64,000 nucleotides of DNA, from NCBI GenBank assembly GCA_945786935.1, contig CALZFY010000002.1:3502-67501 (forward strand), given 5' to 3'. Position numbers and translations under genes: made by a program. The notes beneath the pieces were generated by a model. It was not told where the DNA came from and made no database searches. It saw nothing but the letters and a program-made list of their open reading frames with translations. Origin of the DNA: an uncultured Lachnoclostridium sp. (lineage in GTDB: Bacteria; Bacillota; Clostridia; Lachnospirales; Lachnospiraceae). Below, piece after piece: positions 19,496-28,663 of this stretch (within the stretch, counting starts at the first letter, position 1; each line of letters begins with the position of its first letter).

Positions 19496-20548
19496 TTATT
19501 TTTCCTCATATTTTTTCATGGAAACTTCGATTAAATACTCGCAAAGCTCAGGGTAGGAAATACCAACTGCGGCAGCTTCCTGAGGAAGCAGACTGGTGGC
19601 TGTCATACCCGGAAGCGTATTGGCTTCCAGACAGTACATTTCTTTCGTAACTTCATCCATCATGAAATCAAATCGTGCATAGGAGTGCATTCCCACGGAT
19701 CTGTATGCAGCTTCTGCAAAAGACTGCATTTTTGCTGTTTCTTCGGGACTTAGCACTGCCGGACATGTTTCGATGGCACTGCCGGCCTGATACTTGTTCT
19801 TATAATCATAAAATCCTTTTAAAGGAGCAATTTCAATGATGGGGAGTGCCTTTCCTTCAATTACGCCGACAGAAAATTCCCTTCCCTGAATGAACTGCTC
19901 GATCACAACTTCATCTTCATAGGTATAGGCCTCTTCTAAAGCTTTGTAAAGCTCATCTGTGTTTTCCACTTTGTAAACACCTACAGAGGAACCGCCGCAG
20001 CAGGTTTTTACCATACAGGGGAACCGCAGCAGACTTTCAGTGTCCAGGGCTTCGCCTTTTTTTAAAGTGATTCCCACAGGAGTGGGGACATGGTGTGCAC
20101 GGAAAAACTGTTTGGTGATCCCTTTATTCATGGAAACAGCACTGCTTAAATAGTCTGTACCGGTGTAGCGGATGCCCATCAGATCAAAGGCAGCCTGGAT
20201 ACGGCCATCCTCTCCATTGGAACCGTGAAGTGCCATAAAGACAATGTCTGCCATGTCACAAAGAGCCAGTACATTCGGTCCGAAAATGCTTTTGCCGCCA
20301 TCTTTGCGAAGTTTTTGAAGCTCAGAGAGCTTTGGTACCTTTTCGGTGACCTTCATGATCTCACCACAGCAGTTATACTGTTTTGTAAATAATGTTTCCA
20401 AAGGCTGATCTGTTTCGAATCCCAAATACAGATCCAGAAGCAAAACCTCATGCCCTTTTGATTTTAATGCCTGGTATATTCCATTACCGGATGCGAGGGA
20501 AACATCACGTTCCGTGCTTGTTCCTCCGGCTAAAACTACGATTTTCAA
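19496..20548 (-). CDS. ddl: D-alanine--D-alanine ligase
   Basis: KIVVLAGGTSTERDVSL N-terminus and ATP-grasp motifs. The proposed TTG start at 20548 has GGGAGG 7 nt upstream. The longer ORF to 20593 is also possible. Confidence 0.85.
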   Translation of the reverse strand: MKIVVLAGGTSTERDVSLASGNGIYQALKSKGHEVLLLDLYLGFETDQPLETLFTKQYNCCGEIMKVTEKVPKLSELQKLRKDGGKSIFGPNVLALCDMADIVFMALHGSNGEDGRIQAAFDLMGIRYTGTDYLSSAVSMNKGITKQFFRAHHVPTPVGITLKKGEALDTESLLRFPCMVKTCCGGSSVGVYKVENTDELYKALEEAYTYEDEVVIEQFIQGREFSVGVIEGKALPIIEIAPLKGFYDYKNKYQAGSAIETCPAVLSPEETAKMQSFAEAAYRSVGMHSYARFDFMMDEVTKEMYCLEANTLPGMTATSLLPQEAAAVGISYPELCEYLIEVSMKKYEEK

Positions 20549-20619
20549 ATTGATTACCTCCCTGCACGTTTCTATGTTTATTATATATGTCACATAAAAA
20601 ATATCAAGATATTGTTTTA

Positions 20620-20650
20620 TTACTGTATAGGCATCGTTATTATACAGTAA
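20620..20650. repeat. interspersed repeat, minimal hairpin copy
   Basis: TTACTGTATA / TATACAGTAA perfect 10-bp stem with an 11-nt loop, followed by CC(C)TGCTGG as after the 37166 terminus. Confidence 0.55.
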
Positions 20651-20661
20651 CCCTGCTGGTG

Positions 20662-20695
20662 ACTGTTCACTCTGTTCTGGTAACTGGCATAAATC
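20662..20695 (+). repeat. interspersed repeat, core copy
   Basis: ACTGTTCACTCTGTTCTGGTAACTGGCATAAATC, compared with the copy at 37090-37123. Confidence 0.7.
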
Positions 20696-20806
20696 ATGCG
20701 AAATTGGCTTCGTAAATGGATTTCCTTGTTTTTTGGGAGAAAAGTGAGTATAATGTAAGCATTATTTGACCAGGTGGAGAGACTGGATCTATAAGAGGGA
20801 GGAAAC

Positions 20807-22339
20807 ATGGCAACAACGAAAAAAACAAAAGAAAAAGAAGAAAAGAAGGAGAAATGCAGATACAGTGGTATTTTACTGCATCCTACTTCTTTACCGTCTC
20901 CTTATGGGATCGGAGATATGGGACAGGGAGCCTATGAGTTCGTAGATTTTCTGGAAAAAGCAGGACAGACACTCTGGCAGGTGCTGCCTTTAGGACCTAC
21001 AGGATTTGGAGATTCTCCTTATTCCAGCTACTCTGTTTTTGCAGGACAGATTCTTCTGATCAGTCCGGATAAATTGGTGGAACAGGGACTCATTTTAGAG
21101 GAAGACTTAAAAGATGTGCCCGAGTTTGATGAAAAACAGGTAAACTACGGGGCTGTTTTGGAATGGAAGACAGTGATTTTCGAGAAAGCATATGAAGCAT
21201 TTAAGGTATCGGAAGATGAGGAACTGTTAAAGGCATACAGAAAATTTACCAGGGATCATGCGTTTTGGTTAAATGACTATGCTTTCTATATGGCAGTGCG
21301 TGCACATAACGATCACAAGGGCTGGCTGGAATGGGATGAGGAATTACAAAGTCCCACACCGGCAGTTCGCAAAAGAGTGGAAAAGGAATTGAAAGAGAGT
21401 ATCGGATATCAGAAATTTACGCAGTTTCTTTTCTACCAGCAGTGGGATCAGTTAAAGGAATATGCAAACGAAAAGGGCATCAGTATTGTAGGCGATATGC
21501 CGATCTTTGTATCTTTAGACAGCTCTGATGTCTGGGCGAATAAGGGACTGTTCTGTCTGGACTCAAAAGGTTACCCGACAGAGGTAGCCGGAGTTCCGCC
21601 GGATTATTTCAGTGCTACCGGACAGCTTTGGGGCAATCCGCTCTATGATTGGGAAGCCCATAAAAAACAGGGCTATCAGTGGTGGATCAATCGTATCAAA
21701 ACACAGTTTACCATGGTAGATTATTTAAGAATCGACCATTTCAGAGGCTTTGAAAGCTATTGGGCAGTTCCGGCAGGAGAAGAGACTGCTCTCAATGGAA
21801 AGTGGAAGCCGGGCCCGGGTGCTGCGCTGTTCCGTGCAGTAGAGAAGGAACTGGGAGAAGACCTTCCAATCTTTGCTGAGGATCTGGGACTGATCACTCA
21901 GGAAGTGATCGACCTTCGCGACGAACTAAATTTCCCCGGAATGAAGGTTCTTCAGTTTGGATTTGAGGCATGGCCTGACAATGCTTTCTATCCTCATAAC
22001 TTCAAGACGGATAACTGTATCTGCTATACAGGTACTCATGACAATAACACGACCCTTGGCTGGTACAATGAGACCCATGAGGAGGCAAAGGACCGTGTAA
22101 GACGTTACTTAAACTGTGATGGATCAAATGTCAGCTGGGATTTCATCCGCCTTGCCATGAGCTCCATTGCAAAATATGCCATCTTCCCGATGCAGGATGT
22201 CCTTCGTCTTGGCAGCGAATCCCGTATGAATGTGCCGGGACTTTGCGGTGCCAACTGGGCATGGAGATTTACAAAGGAAGAATTGGAAGAATGGCACGCA
22301 GCCGAGTTAAAGAAGATGACGCAGCTGTTTAATAGATAG
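20807..22339 (+). CDS. malQ: 4-alpha-glucanotransferase (amylomaltase)
   Basis: GH77 motifs (SGILLHPTSLPSPYGIGD, RIDHFRGF, AEDLG, YTGTHDN). Confidence 0.92.
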   Translation: MATTKKTKEKEEKKEKCRYSGILLHPTSLPSPYGIGDMGQGAYEFVDFLEKAGQTLWQVLPLGPTGFGDSPYSSYSVFAGQILLISPDKLVEQGLILEEDLKDVPEFDEKQVNYGAVLEWKTVIFEKAYEAFKVSEDEELLKAYRKFTRDHAFWLNDYAFYMAVRAHNDHKGWLEWDEELQSPTPAVRKRVEKELKESIGYQKFTQFLFYQQWDQLKEYANEKGISIVGDMPIFVSLDSSDVWANKGLFCLDSKGYPTEVAGVPPDYFSATGQLWGNPLYDWEAHKKQGYQWWINRIKTQFTMVDYLRIDHFRGFESYWAVPAGEETALNGKWKPGPGAALFRAVEKELGEDLPIFAEDLGLITQEVIDLRDELNFPGMKVLQFGFEAWPDNAFYPHNFKTDNCICYTGTHDNNTTLGWYNETHEEAKDRVRRYLNCDGSNVSWDFIRLAMSSIAKYAIFPMQDVLRLGSESRMNVPGLCGANWAWRFTKEELEEWHAAELKKMTQLFNR

Positions 22340-22342
22340 AGA

Positions 22343-22380
22343 TTACTGTTCAGAGGTTACAGGAACAAAGTGGACAGTAA
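22343..22380 (-). repeat. interspersed repeat, short copy after malQ
   Basis: The minus-strand read TTACTGTCCACTTTGTTCCTGTAACC... matches the core. The ends form a 10-bp stem. Confidence 0.55.
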
Positions 22381-22394
22381 CGATAGGAGAATGT

Positions 22395-23138
22395 ATGAGA
22401 TTAATTTTAGATGCGGTTTTTCTGGCATGTTACCTCATTCTGGGAATTCCGGTATTACTTTTGTTATATCTGTTAGGAAAGATAGAGAGCCTTCGAAAGA
22501 CAACAGACCTGTTGGCACTGCGCCTGGTACAGTGGGCTTTTAAGGTCATGCTGTTTATTGCGGGTACAAAGCAGATCGTAATCGGAGAAGAGAATGTTCC
22601 AAAGGATCAGCCGGTGCTTTATATACCAAATCACCGCAGCTATTTTGATATCCTGCTGGTATACTCGAGGGTTCCGGGACTTACCGGTTTTGTGGCAAAG
22701 GATGCTATGCTTAGATATCCCATTCTTCGTGACTGGATGAAAAAGCTATATTGCTTATTTCTAAACAGGGAAAATCCAAGAGAAGGTTTAAAGACCATCC
22801 TGCAGGGAATCGAGTATATCAAACAGGGGATTTCTATCTGTATCTTTCCGGAGGGTACCAGAAACAAGGTGGATACGGAAATGCTTCCATTTAAGGAGGG
22901 AAGCCTTAAAATGGCAGAGAAGACAGGGTGTCTCATCATTCCCGTTGCCATTACCAACAGTGCCCAGATTTTTGAAAATCATATGCCCTGGATCCATTCC
23001 TGCAAGGTGGTGTTAGAATATGGCACTCCTATTGATGTGGGTGCTCTTACAAAAGAGGAAAAGAAACATCTTGGAGCATATTGTCGTGACCGGATCCAGG
23101 AAATGCTGGATAAAAATAAAGAGCTGATTTGTGGGTAA
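22395..23138 (+). CDS. plsC: 1-acyl-sn-glycerol-3-phosphate acyltransferase
   Basis: NHRSYFD and FPEGTR acyltransferase motifs. Confidence 0.88.
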   Translation: MRLILDAVFLACYLILGIPVLLLLYLLGKIESLRKTTDLLALRLVQWAFKVMLFIAGTKQIVIGEENVPKDQPVLYIPNHRSYFDILLVYSRVPGLTGFVAKDAMLRYPILRDWMKKLYCLFLNRENPREGLKTILQGIEYIKQGISICIFPEGTRNKVDTEMLPFKEGSLKMAEKTGCLIIPVAITNSAQIFENHMPWIHSCKVVLEYGTPIDVGALTKEEKKHLGAYCRDRIQEMLDKNKELICG

Positions 23139-23238
23139 ATATCAGATTTTTAACGGAGTTTTCCTTTGGGAAGACTCCGTTTTGTCATATACTCTGACAT
23201 GGGTTCATAGAATGTCTCTAAAGGAGGAGGGGATTTTT

Positions 23239-24804
23239 ATGGATTTGAAACAACAGCTCATACATAGGAAATATAAAAAATGTGAGGCGGAAAATCAGAT
23301 TACCATCGGGGATGATTACAGCGTGCCGGAGGGTAAACCCGACATTGCTTCCATTCTGCAAAAAAAAGCGGATCTGATGGTAGAGGAGGTTCACACGGAA
23401 AAAGGGAAGATACGTCTTCGTGGAAACCTGAAGGTTCAGATCTTATATCTGGCACAACGCTCAGAGGAGATGGCAGATTGCCTGAATGTGCAAATACCTT
23501 TTGATGAGATTCTATATATGGAGAATGCTTCATCGGGGGACAATCTAAAGATTGACTGGTGCGTTGAAGAACTGAAGGTTTCCCTCGTCCATCCGGGAAA
23601 GATCAGTATTCGGGCAGTAGTCTCTTTAAAGGGTGAGATCACCGCTTCTTTAAGTTATCTGATCTCTGAAGGTGTGGAGGATGATGCAGGAGTCCAGCTT
23701 CAAAGGGAGAGCATGACAGTTGCAGAACCGGTGTTGGAGAGAAAAGACAGTTTCCGGATTCGGGATGAGATATCTTTGCCGGCCAATAAACCTAATGTGC
23801 AAAAGGTTCTCTGGAAGGATCTTCAGCTTCGAAATCTTGATGTGAGAAATGAAGAGGGGCATCTGGCCATGAAAGGAGAGGTACTGCTGCTTTTCATTTA
23901 TGTAGGAGAAGAAGGCCACGGTGTTATGTGGTTTGAACAGACCATACCGGTTCAGGGTACATTGGAGATGACAGGGCTTACAGAAGAAATGTTTGGATTA
24001 TGGGAAAAGGAGGTCACCCATCAGGAAATTGAGGTGAAACCGGATTATGACGGGGAGCTTCGCAGTATTTCCCTGGAAATGGTACTGGAGATTCATGGAT
24101 GTGCTTTTGAAGAGAGAACCTTTCAGGCACTTACGGATGTCTACAGTACAAAGGAACAGTTAAAACTTCAAAGGGAACCGGTTACCTATGAAAGACTCCG
24201 CATGTGCAGTGAAGCAAAATTAAGACTCAATACAAAAGAACAGCTGGAGGATGAGGAAACAGTGCTGCAGATCCTGGGTCATCATGCACAGCTGAAAAAT
24301 AAAAGAGCCTCCATGCAGGAACAGGGGATTTTGTGTGAAGGTGTTCTGGAGGTACAGGTGCTTTATGTCACCGCAGAGGATGAGAAACCTTTTGGAACTG
24401 CTGTACTGTCCGTTCCTTACAGCCAGGTGATCGAAATCCCGGGAATATTGCCTACGGACAGCTGGAGAGTCTGCGAAAACATTGATCAGCTAAGTATTTC
24501 CATGTCAGACAGCCACAGCGTGGAGATCCGAAGTGTGCTGATGTTTGGTGCCTGTGTCATGCAGCAGTGCAGCATAGATAACATTGTGGGGATTACCGGA
24601 GAGGCTTATGCACCTGAAGAGTATCAGAAGATGCCCGGCGTGAAGATTCATTTTGTACAGAATGGGGAAACTCTTTGGAACATTGCCAAAACAAACCGAA
24701 CCACCATGGAGGAGATCAGGCAGTTGAATGATTTAAACGCAGAGGAAGTGACTGCGGGACAAAAGCTTCTGCTTGTAAAGAATATGATGGAGTCCATGAT
24801 CTAA
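23239..24804 (+). CDS. DUF3794 (SPOCS) repeat protein with C-terminal LysM domain; SipL/SpoVID-like spore morphogenetic protein
   Basis: C-terminal LysM (VQNGETLWNIAKTNRTTMEEIRQLNDL). AGGAGGAGGGG precedes ATG 23239. The architecture matches Clostridial SipL by recall. Confidence 0.65.
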   Translation: MDLKQQLIHRKYKKCEAENQITIGDDYSVPEGKPDIASILQKKADLMVEEVHTEKGKIRLRGNLKVQILYLAQRSEEMADCLNVQIPFDEILYMENASSGDNLKIDWCVEELKVSLVHPGKISIRAVVSLKGEITASLSYLISEGVEDDAGVQLQRESMTVAEPVLERKDSFRIRDEISLPANKPNVQKVLWKDLQLRNLDVRNEEGHLAMKGEVLLLFIYVGEEGHGVMWFEQTIPVQGTLEMTGLTEEMFGLWEKEVTHQEIEVKPDYDGELRSISLEMVLEIHGCAFEERTFQALTDVYSTKEQLKLQREPVTYERLRMCSEAKLRLNTKEQLEDEETVLQILGHHAQLKNKRASMQEQGILCEGVLEVQVLYVTAEDEKPFGTAVLSVPYSQVIEIPGILPTDSWRVCENIDQLSISMSDSHSVEIRSVLMFGACVMQQCSIDNIVGITGEAYAPEEYQKMPGVKIHFVQNGETLWNIAKTNRTTMEEIRQLNDLNAEEVTAGQKLLLVKNMMESMI

Positions 24805-24877
24805 AACCTTGCATATCTGACCTCGTTTGAGTATAATAAAATTAGTATATTGTATACAAAGTACATGAGGTGAAGGT

Positions 24878-25765
24878 ATGAATCAGATTAGATTAAAAGC
24901 ACTGGCAAAGATCAATCTTGGTCTGGATGTATTAAGGAGAAAAGAAGATGGATATCATGAAGTGAAGATGATCATGCAGACCATCAATCTTCATGACAGC
25001 ATCTATATGAAGAAAATAGAGGAAAAAGAGATTCGGATTCGAACCAATCTCTATTATCTGCCAAATAATGAAAATAATCTGGCCTATAAGGCTGCGAAAA
25101 TTCTCATGGATGAGTTTGAACTGCCCGGAGGCATTTCCATACATTTAAAAAAGGTGATTCCGGTAGCAGCCGGGATGGCAGGTGGGAGCTCCGACGGGGC
25201 AGCAGTTTTATTTGGAATGAATAAAATGTATGGCCTGAAGCTTTCCATGCAGGAATTGATGGACCGTGGTGTGAAGCTGGGTGCAGATGTACCATATTGC
25301 ATTATGAGAGGAACCGCTCTTGCGGAGGGAATTGGAGAAAAGCTCACGGCTCTGCCGTCAATGCCAAAATGTCATATTCTTATTGCAAAACCGCCCATCA
25401 ATGTATCTACCAAATTTGTGTATGAAAATCTTCATGCCAATGACCTGAAACCGGAAGATCATCCACCGGTAGATGTACAGCTTGCGGCTCTAGAGGAAGG
25501 AAATCTGGAAAAGCTGGTTGCCCATATGGGAAATGTGTTGGAAAGAGTAACCGTGCCGGAATATCCGGTGATCAATGAAATTAAACAGAAAATGATGGAT
25601 CACGGTGCCCTGGGTGCGATGATGAGCGGCAGCGGACCTACGGTCTTTGGAATTTTCACAAGCTATGCCAAAGCAAAAGAGGCTTACCAGGCCATTGATC
25701 GCAGTGGCTTATCGAAACAAATTTATCTGACCACACCATATAACCGGAAAGAGGAACGATCATGA
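24878..25765 (+). CDS. ispE: 4-diphosphocytidyl-2-C-methyl-D-erythritol kinase
   Basis: AKINLGLDV and PVAAGMAGGSSDGAA GHMP-kinase motifs. Confidence 0.92.
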   Translation: MNQIRLKALAKINLGLDVLRRKEDGYHEVKMIMQTINLHDSIYMKKIEEKEIRIRTNLYYLPNNENNLAYKAAKILMDEFELPGGISIHLKKVIPVAAGMAGGSSDGAAVLFGMNKMYGLKLSMQELMDRGVKLGADVPYCIMRGTALAEGIGEKLTALPSMPKCHILIAKPPINVSTKFVYENLHANDLKPEDHPPVDVQLAALEEGNLEKLVAHMGNVLERVTVPEYPVINEIKQKMMDHGALGAMMSGSGPTVFGIFTSYAKAKEAYQAIDRSGLSKQIYLTTPYNRKEERS

Positions 25766-26427
25766 TATCAGGATTAACCATTACGGAAAATGCATATCTG
25801 CCACTGCGGGATGTGGTGTTCCAGACACTGCGTCAGGCAATTTTAAAAGGGGAGCTCCAGCCGGGAGAACGCCTGATGGAAATTAAACTGGCGGAGACTT
25901 TGGGAGTCAGCCGTACCCCAATCCGCGAAGCGATCCGTAAGCTGGAACTGGAAGGTTTGGTGGTAATGATTCCCAGAAAGGGTGCAGCGGTTGCAAACAT
26001 TACAGAGAAAGACACCAAGGATGTGCTGGAAGTGCGCCGTACGCTGGAAATGTTTGCAGTGGAGGTTGCGTGCGAGCGAATTACAAAAGAGCAGCTTGTG
26101 GAGCTAAAGGATGCAGCAAAAGCCTTTGAGTCAGCAAAGGGCTCCATGGATCTGATCCGAATTGCGGAGAGTGATATGAAATTTCACGAGATCATTTATG
26201 AAGCAACCCACAATGAAAGATTGCTGCAGATGCTTAACAATCTGAGGGAAAACATGTACCGTTATCGCATTGAATATTTAAAGGATCCCAATTACTATGA
26301 CAGCCTGGTGGGAGAGCACCGGGAAATTTTAAATGCCATTGAAAAGGGTGACAAACAATCGGCCGCTGTCTGTATGAGAGATCATATTGATAATCAACAG
26401 CTGGCAGTGATTAGAAAGATCAAATAG
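25762..26427 (+). CDS. GntR-family (FadR/FCD subfamily) transcriptional regulator
   Basis: Winged HTH (LAETLGVSRTPIREAIRKLELEG) plus an FCD domain. ATGA overlap with ispE. Confidence 0.85.
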   Translation: MISGLTITENAYLPLRDVVFQTLRQAILKGELQPGERLMEIKLAETLGVSRTPIREAIRKLELEGLVVMIPRKGAAVANITEKDTKDVLEVRRTLEMFAVEVACERITKEQLVELKDAAKAFESAKGSMDLIRIAESDMKFHEIIYEATHNERLLQMLNNLRENMYRYRIEYLKDPNYYDSLVGEHREILNAIEKGDKQSAAVCMRDHIDNQQLAVIRKIK

Positions 26428-26466
26428 TGGTTATACTTTTGCTATCAGGTTTGAAGGAGCAAAAGT

Positions 26467-26661
26467 ATGAAAAGATATATTATGACAGCAGCAGTTTGCG
26501 GATGCCTTCTTATCGGAAGCCTGTATCCGGGACTGATACTGGAACATCATGTAAAACTGGTGGATCAAAGCGGCAAAGAAATCTCTATGGAGGGGACAAA
26601 AGACTATGATGAAAAGATTCCGGTAAAGCTGGAGTTTCGTCTTGCAAAGCTGTTTTTCTAA
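26467..26661 (+). CDS. small hypothetical secreted/membrane protein
   Basis: 64 aa with a hydrophobic N-terminus. GAAGGAG lies 7 nt before the ATG. Confidence 0.45.
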   Translation: MKRYIMTAAVCGCLLIGSLYPGLILEHHVKLVDQSGKEISMEGTKDYDEKIPVKLEFRLAKLFF

Positions 26662-26689
26662 CCACCGAAATCCAAAGAGGGGAATACCT

Positions 26690-27514
26690 ATGCAAAATAT
26701 GAAAGAAGCACCCATCGGTGTATTTGATTCAGGTGTGGGAGGTCTGACCGTTGCAAGAGAGATCATGCGGCAGATTCCACAGGAGAGGATTGTTTATTTT
26801 GGAGATACAGCCCGTGTCCCCTACGGAAGCAAATCTACGGATACACTGATTCGATATACAAGACAGATCGTCCGATTTTTAAAGACCCGGGGAGTCAAAG
26901 CAATTGTAGTTGCCTGTAACACTGCCAGTGCGGTGGCATTGGAGGCAGTCAAGGATGAATTGGACATTCCCATGATCGGAGTGGTTCGCCCGGGCGCCCG
27001 GGTGGCAGCGGCAGCAACCCGGAATCAGAGAATTGGTATTATCGGTACAGAGACTACGGTCAACAGTGGAATGTATGTAAAACTCATTCAGGAGATTTTG
27101 CCAAAAGCGCAGGTTATTGGAAAGGCCTGCCCATTGTTTGTACCGTTGGTAGAGGAAGGCTGGACAAAGGATCCTATCACAGAGGAGGTTGCCAGAAGAT
27201 ATCTGGCAGACTTACAGCAGTCTGGCATCGACACCCTGATCTTAGGATGTACCCATTATCCGCTGCTTCGCTCCATGGTGGGAAGGATCATGGGAGAGCA
27301 GGTAAATCTGGTAAATCCTGCATACGAGACAGCTTTGGAATTAAAATCACTTTTAGAGCAGCAGGGAATTGCCAATGATGGGGAAAACAAAAATTTTGAA
27401 AACCCCTATGAATTTTTCGTCAGTGACGCTGCAGAAAAATTCAAAAACTTTGCCAATTCGATTCTGCCCTGTGATGTTACAAGCATCAAACAGATCAACA
27501 TTGAGGAATATTAG
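26690..27514 (+). CDS. murI: glutamate racemase
   Basis: IGVFDSGVGGLTV, VVACNTAS and LGCTHYP motifs. ATG 26690 chosen over the longer track ORF. Confidence 0.92.
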   Translation: MQNMKEAPIGVFDSGVGGLTVAREIMRQIPQERIVYFGDTARVPYGSKSTDTLIRYTRQIVRFLKTRGVKAIVVACNTASAVALEAVKDELDIPMIGVVRPGARVAAAATRNQRIGIIGTETTVNSGMYVKLIQEILPKAQVIGKACPLFVPLVEEGWTKDPITEEVARRYLADLQQSGIDTLILGCTHYPLLRSMVGRIMGEQVNLVNPAYETALELKSLLEQQGIANDGENKNFENPYEFFVSDAAEKFKNFANSILPCDVTSIKQINIEEY

Positions 27515-27516
27515 GA

Positions 27517-27960
27517 ATGACAAGAGATATCATATTGACGATTTCCGGATTACATACAGCTGATGGAGAGCAGGATGCTCCCATTGAAACTCTGACGCCG
27601 GCTCAATATTTTTATAAGAACGGGAAACATTATGTGACTTATGATGAGGTCATAGAAGGATTGGAAGGGTCCTTGAAAAGTACCCTCAAATTTACGGAAG
27701 AATATGTGGAACTGATCCGAAACGGTGCGGCCTCCACCAGAATGATCTTTCAGCCGGGGCATGAGAAGATGATGATCTATCAGACACCCATGGGACCGTT
27801 ATCGATTTCTTTGTATACTGAGGAGATCGATGCCAGGATCGGTGAGGAGCGTATTACACTGAAGATTGATTATTCTATCAAAACAGATGGGGCAGTAGTC
27901 AGTGAGAGCACTGTGTTTATCGATCTGTGTCCTAAGGAATTAAAAAGTATCTGTGACTAA
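27517..27960 (+). CDS. DUF1934 (YwiB-like beta-barrel) protein
   Basis: 147 aa; the size and sequence pattern fit DUF1934 by recall. Confidence 0.6.
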   Translation: MTRDIILTISGLHTADGEQDAPIETLTPAQYFYKNGKHYVTYDEVIEGLEGSLKSTLKFTEEYVELIRNGAASTRMIFQPGHEKMMIYQTPMGPLSISLYTEEIDARIGEERITLKIDYSIKTDGAVVSESTVFIDLCPKELKSICD

Positions 27961-27989
27961 TGGGATACATGAACAGTTACAAATAAAAA

Positions 27990-28027
27990 TCACAAGAAAA
28001 ACAGAGCGTTTTCCTTGTGATTTTTTA
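27990..28027. terminator. bidirectional terminator between the DUF1934 gene and 28032-28469
   Basis: TCACAAG(AAAA) / (TTTT)CCTTGTGA stem followed by a T6 run. Confidence 0.75.
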
Positions 28028-28031
28028 TGTT

Positions 28032-28469
28032 TTATGATTTTTTAAATCTTGCAAAAAAGCCTTTTTTCTTAGGTGCCGGCTGTTCTAAACCACCGCGGGC
28101 ACTTTTGATGGCTGTGATGTAAATACCGCTTAAAACAACTTTACATTCCCTTTTCACCGGAATCTGTTCAAATACCTTTTCGTCAGCAACCAGTGTCATG
28201 ATCTTTGGCCCGATCTTTGCCTTTACAATAGGAAGCTTGGACCAGCGCATGTACTTCGGAGTCTGATCGATCACCATCTGGGGAAGACCGGATTCTTTGA
28301 TCTTCATACGCTTTTTGTCAATGATCAGCATGGATACGGTCTGAGCCATGGCATCTAACTGTACCTGAGCCTCACGCTGTTTTTTCTGTGCTTTGCTGCC
28401 GAAGTAATAAAGTGCTGCAAGAGCGGCCACAACAATAATCAATATTACGATTAAAACTTTCCAAAACAT
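28032..28469 (-). CDS. hypothetical membrane-anchored protein
   Basis: 145 aa with an N-terminal TM helix and a basic C-terminus. No family recognised. Confidence 0.5.
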   Translation of the reverse strand: MFWKVLIVILIIVVAALAALYYFGSKAQKKQREAQVQLDAMAQTVSMLIIDKKRMKIKESGLPQMVIDQTPKYMRWSKLPIVKAKIGPKIMTLVADEKVFEQIPVKRECKVVLSGIYITAIKSARGGLEQPAPKKKGFFARFKKS

Positions 28470-28663
28470 TTTTCTACCTCCGCTTTCAACATTCTATCAT
28501 TATTTCCTATTTAAGGCAAGTACAGTTTCTTTTATGTGAAAAATATGTTATAGTAAGATTGCTGTGCAGATGCCGCTGTTTTTGCAGGGGTTTTCGTAAA
28601 AGTCCCCGTATGTTTGTTCGTTACTGAAACGGGGCAACGTATTTTTGAACAGGAGGAAAGATC

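Noticed and set aside
20685-20699. Sigma-54-like TGGCAT-N5-ATGC inside the repeat core upstream of malQ.
   Set aside because: The -12 element is imperfect (ATGC rather than TTGC). The equivalent position in the near-identical copy at 37113-37127 reads TGGCAA-N5-GGGA. No enhancer-binding protein gene is nearby.
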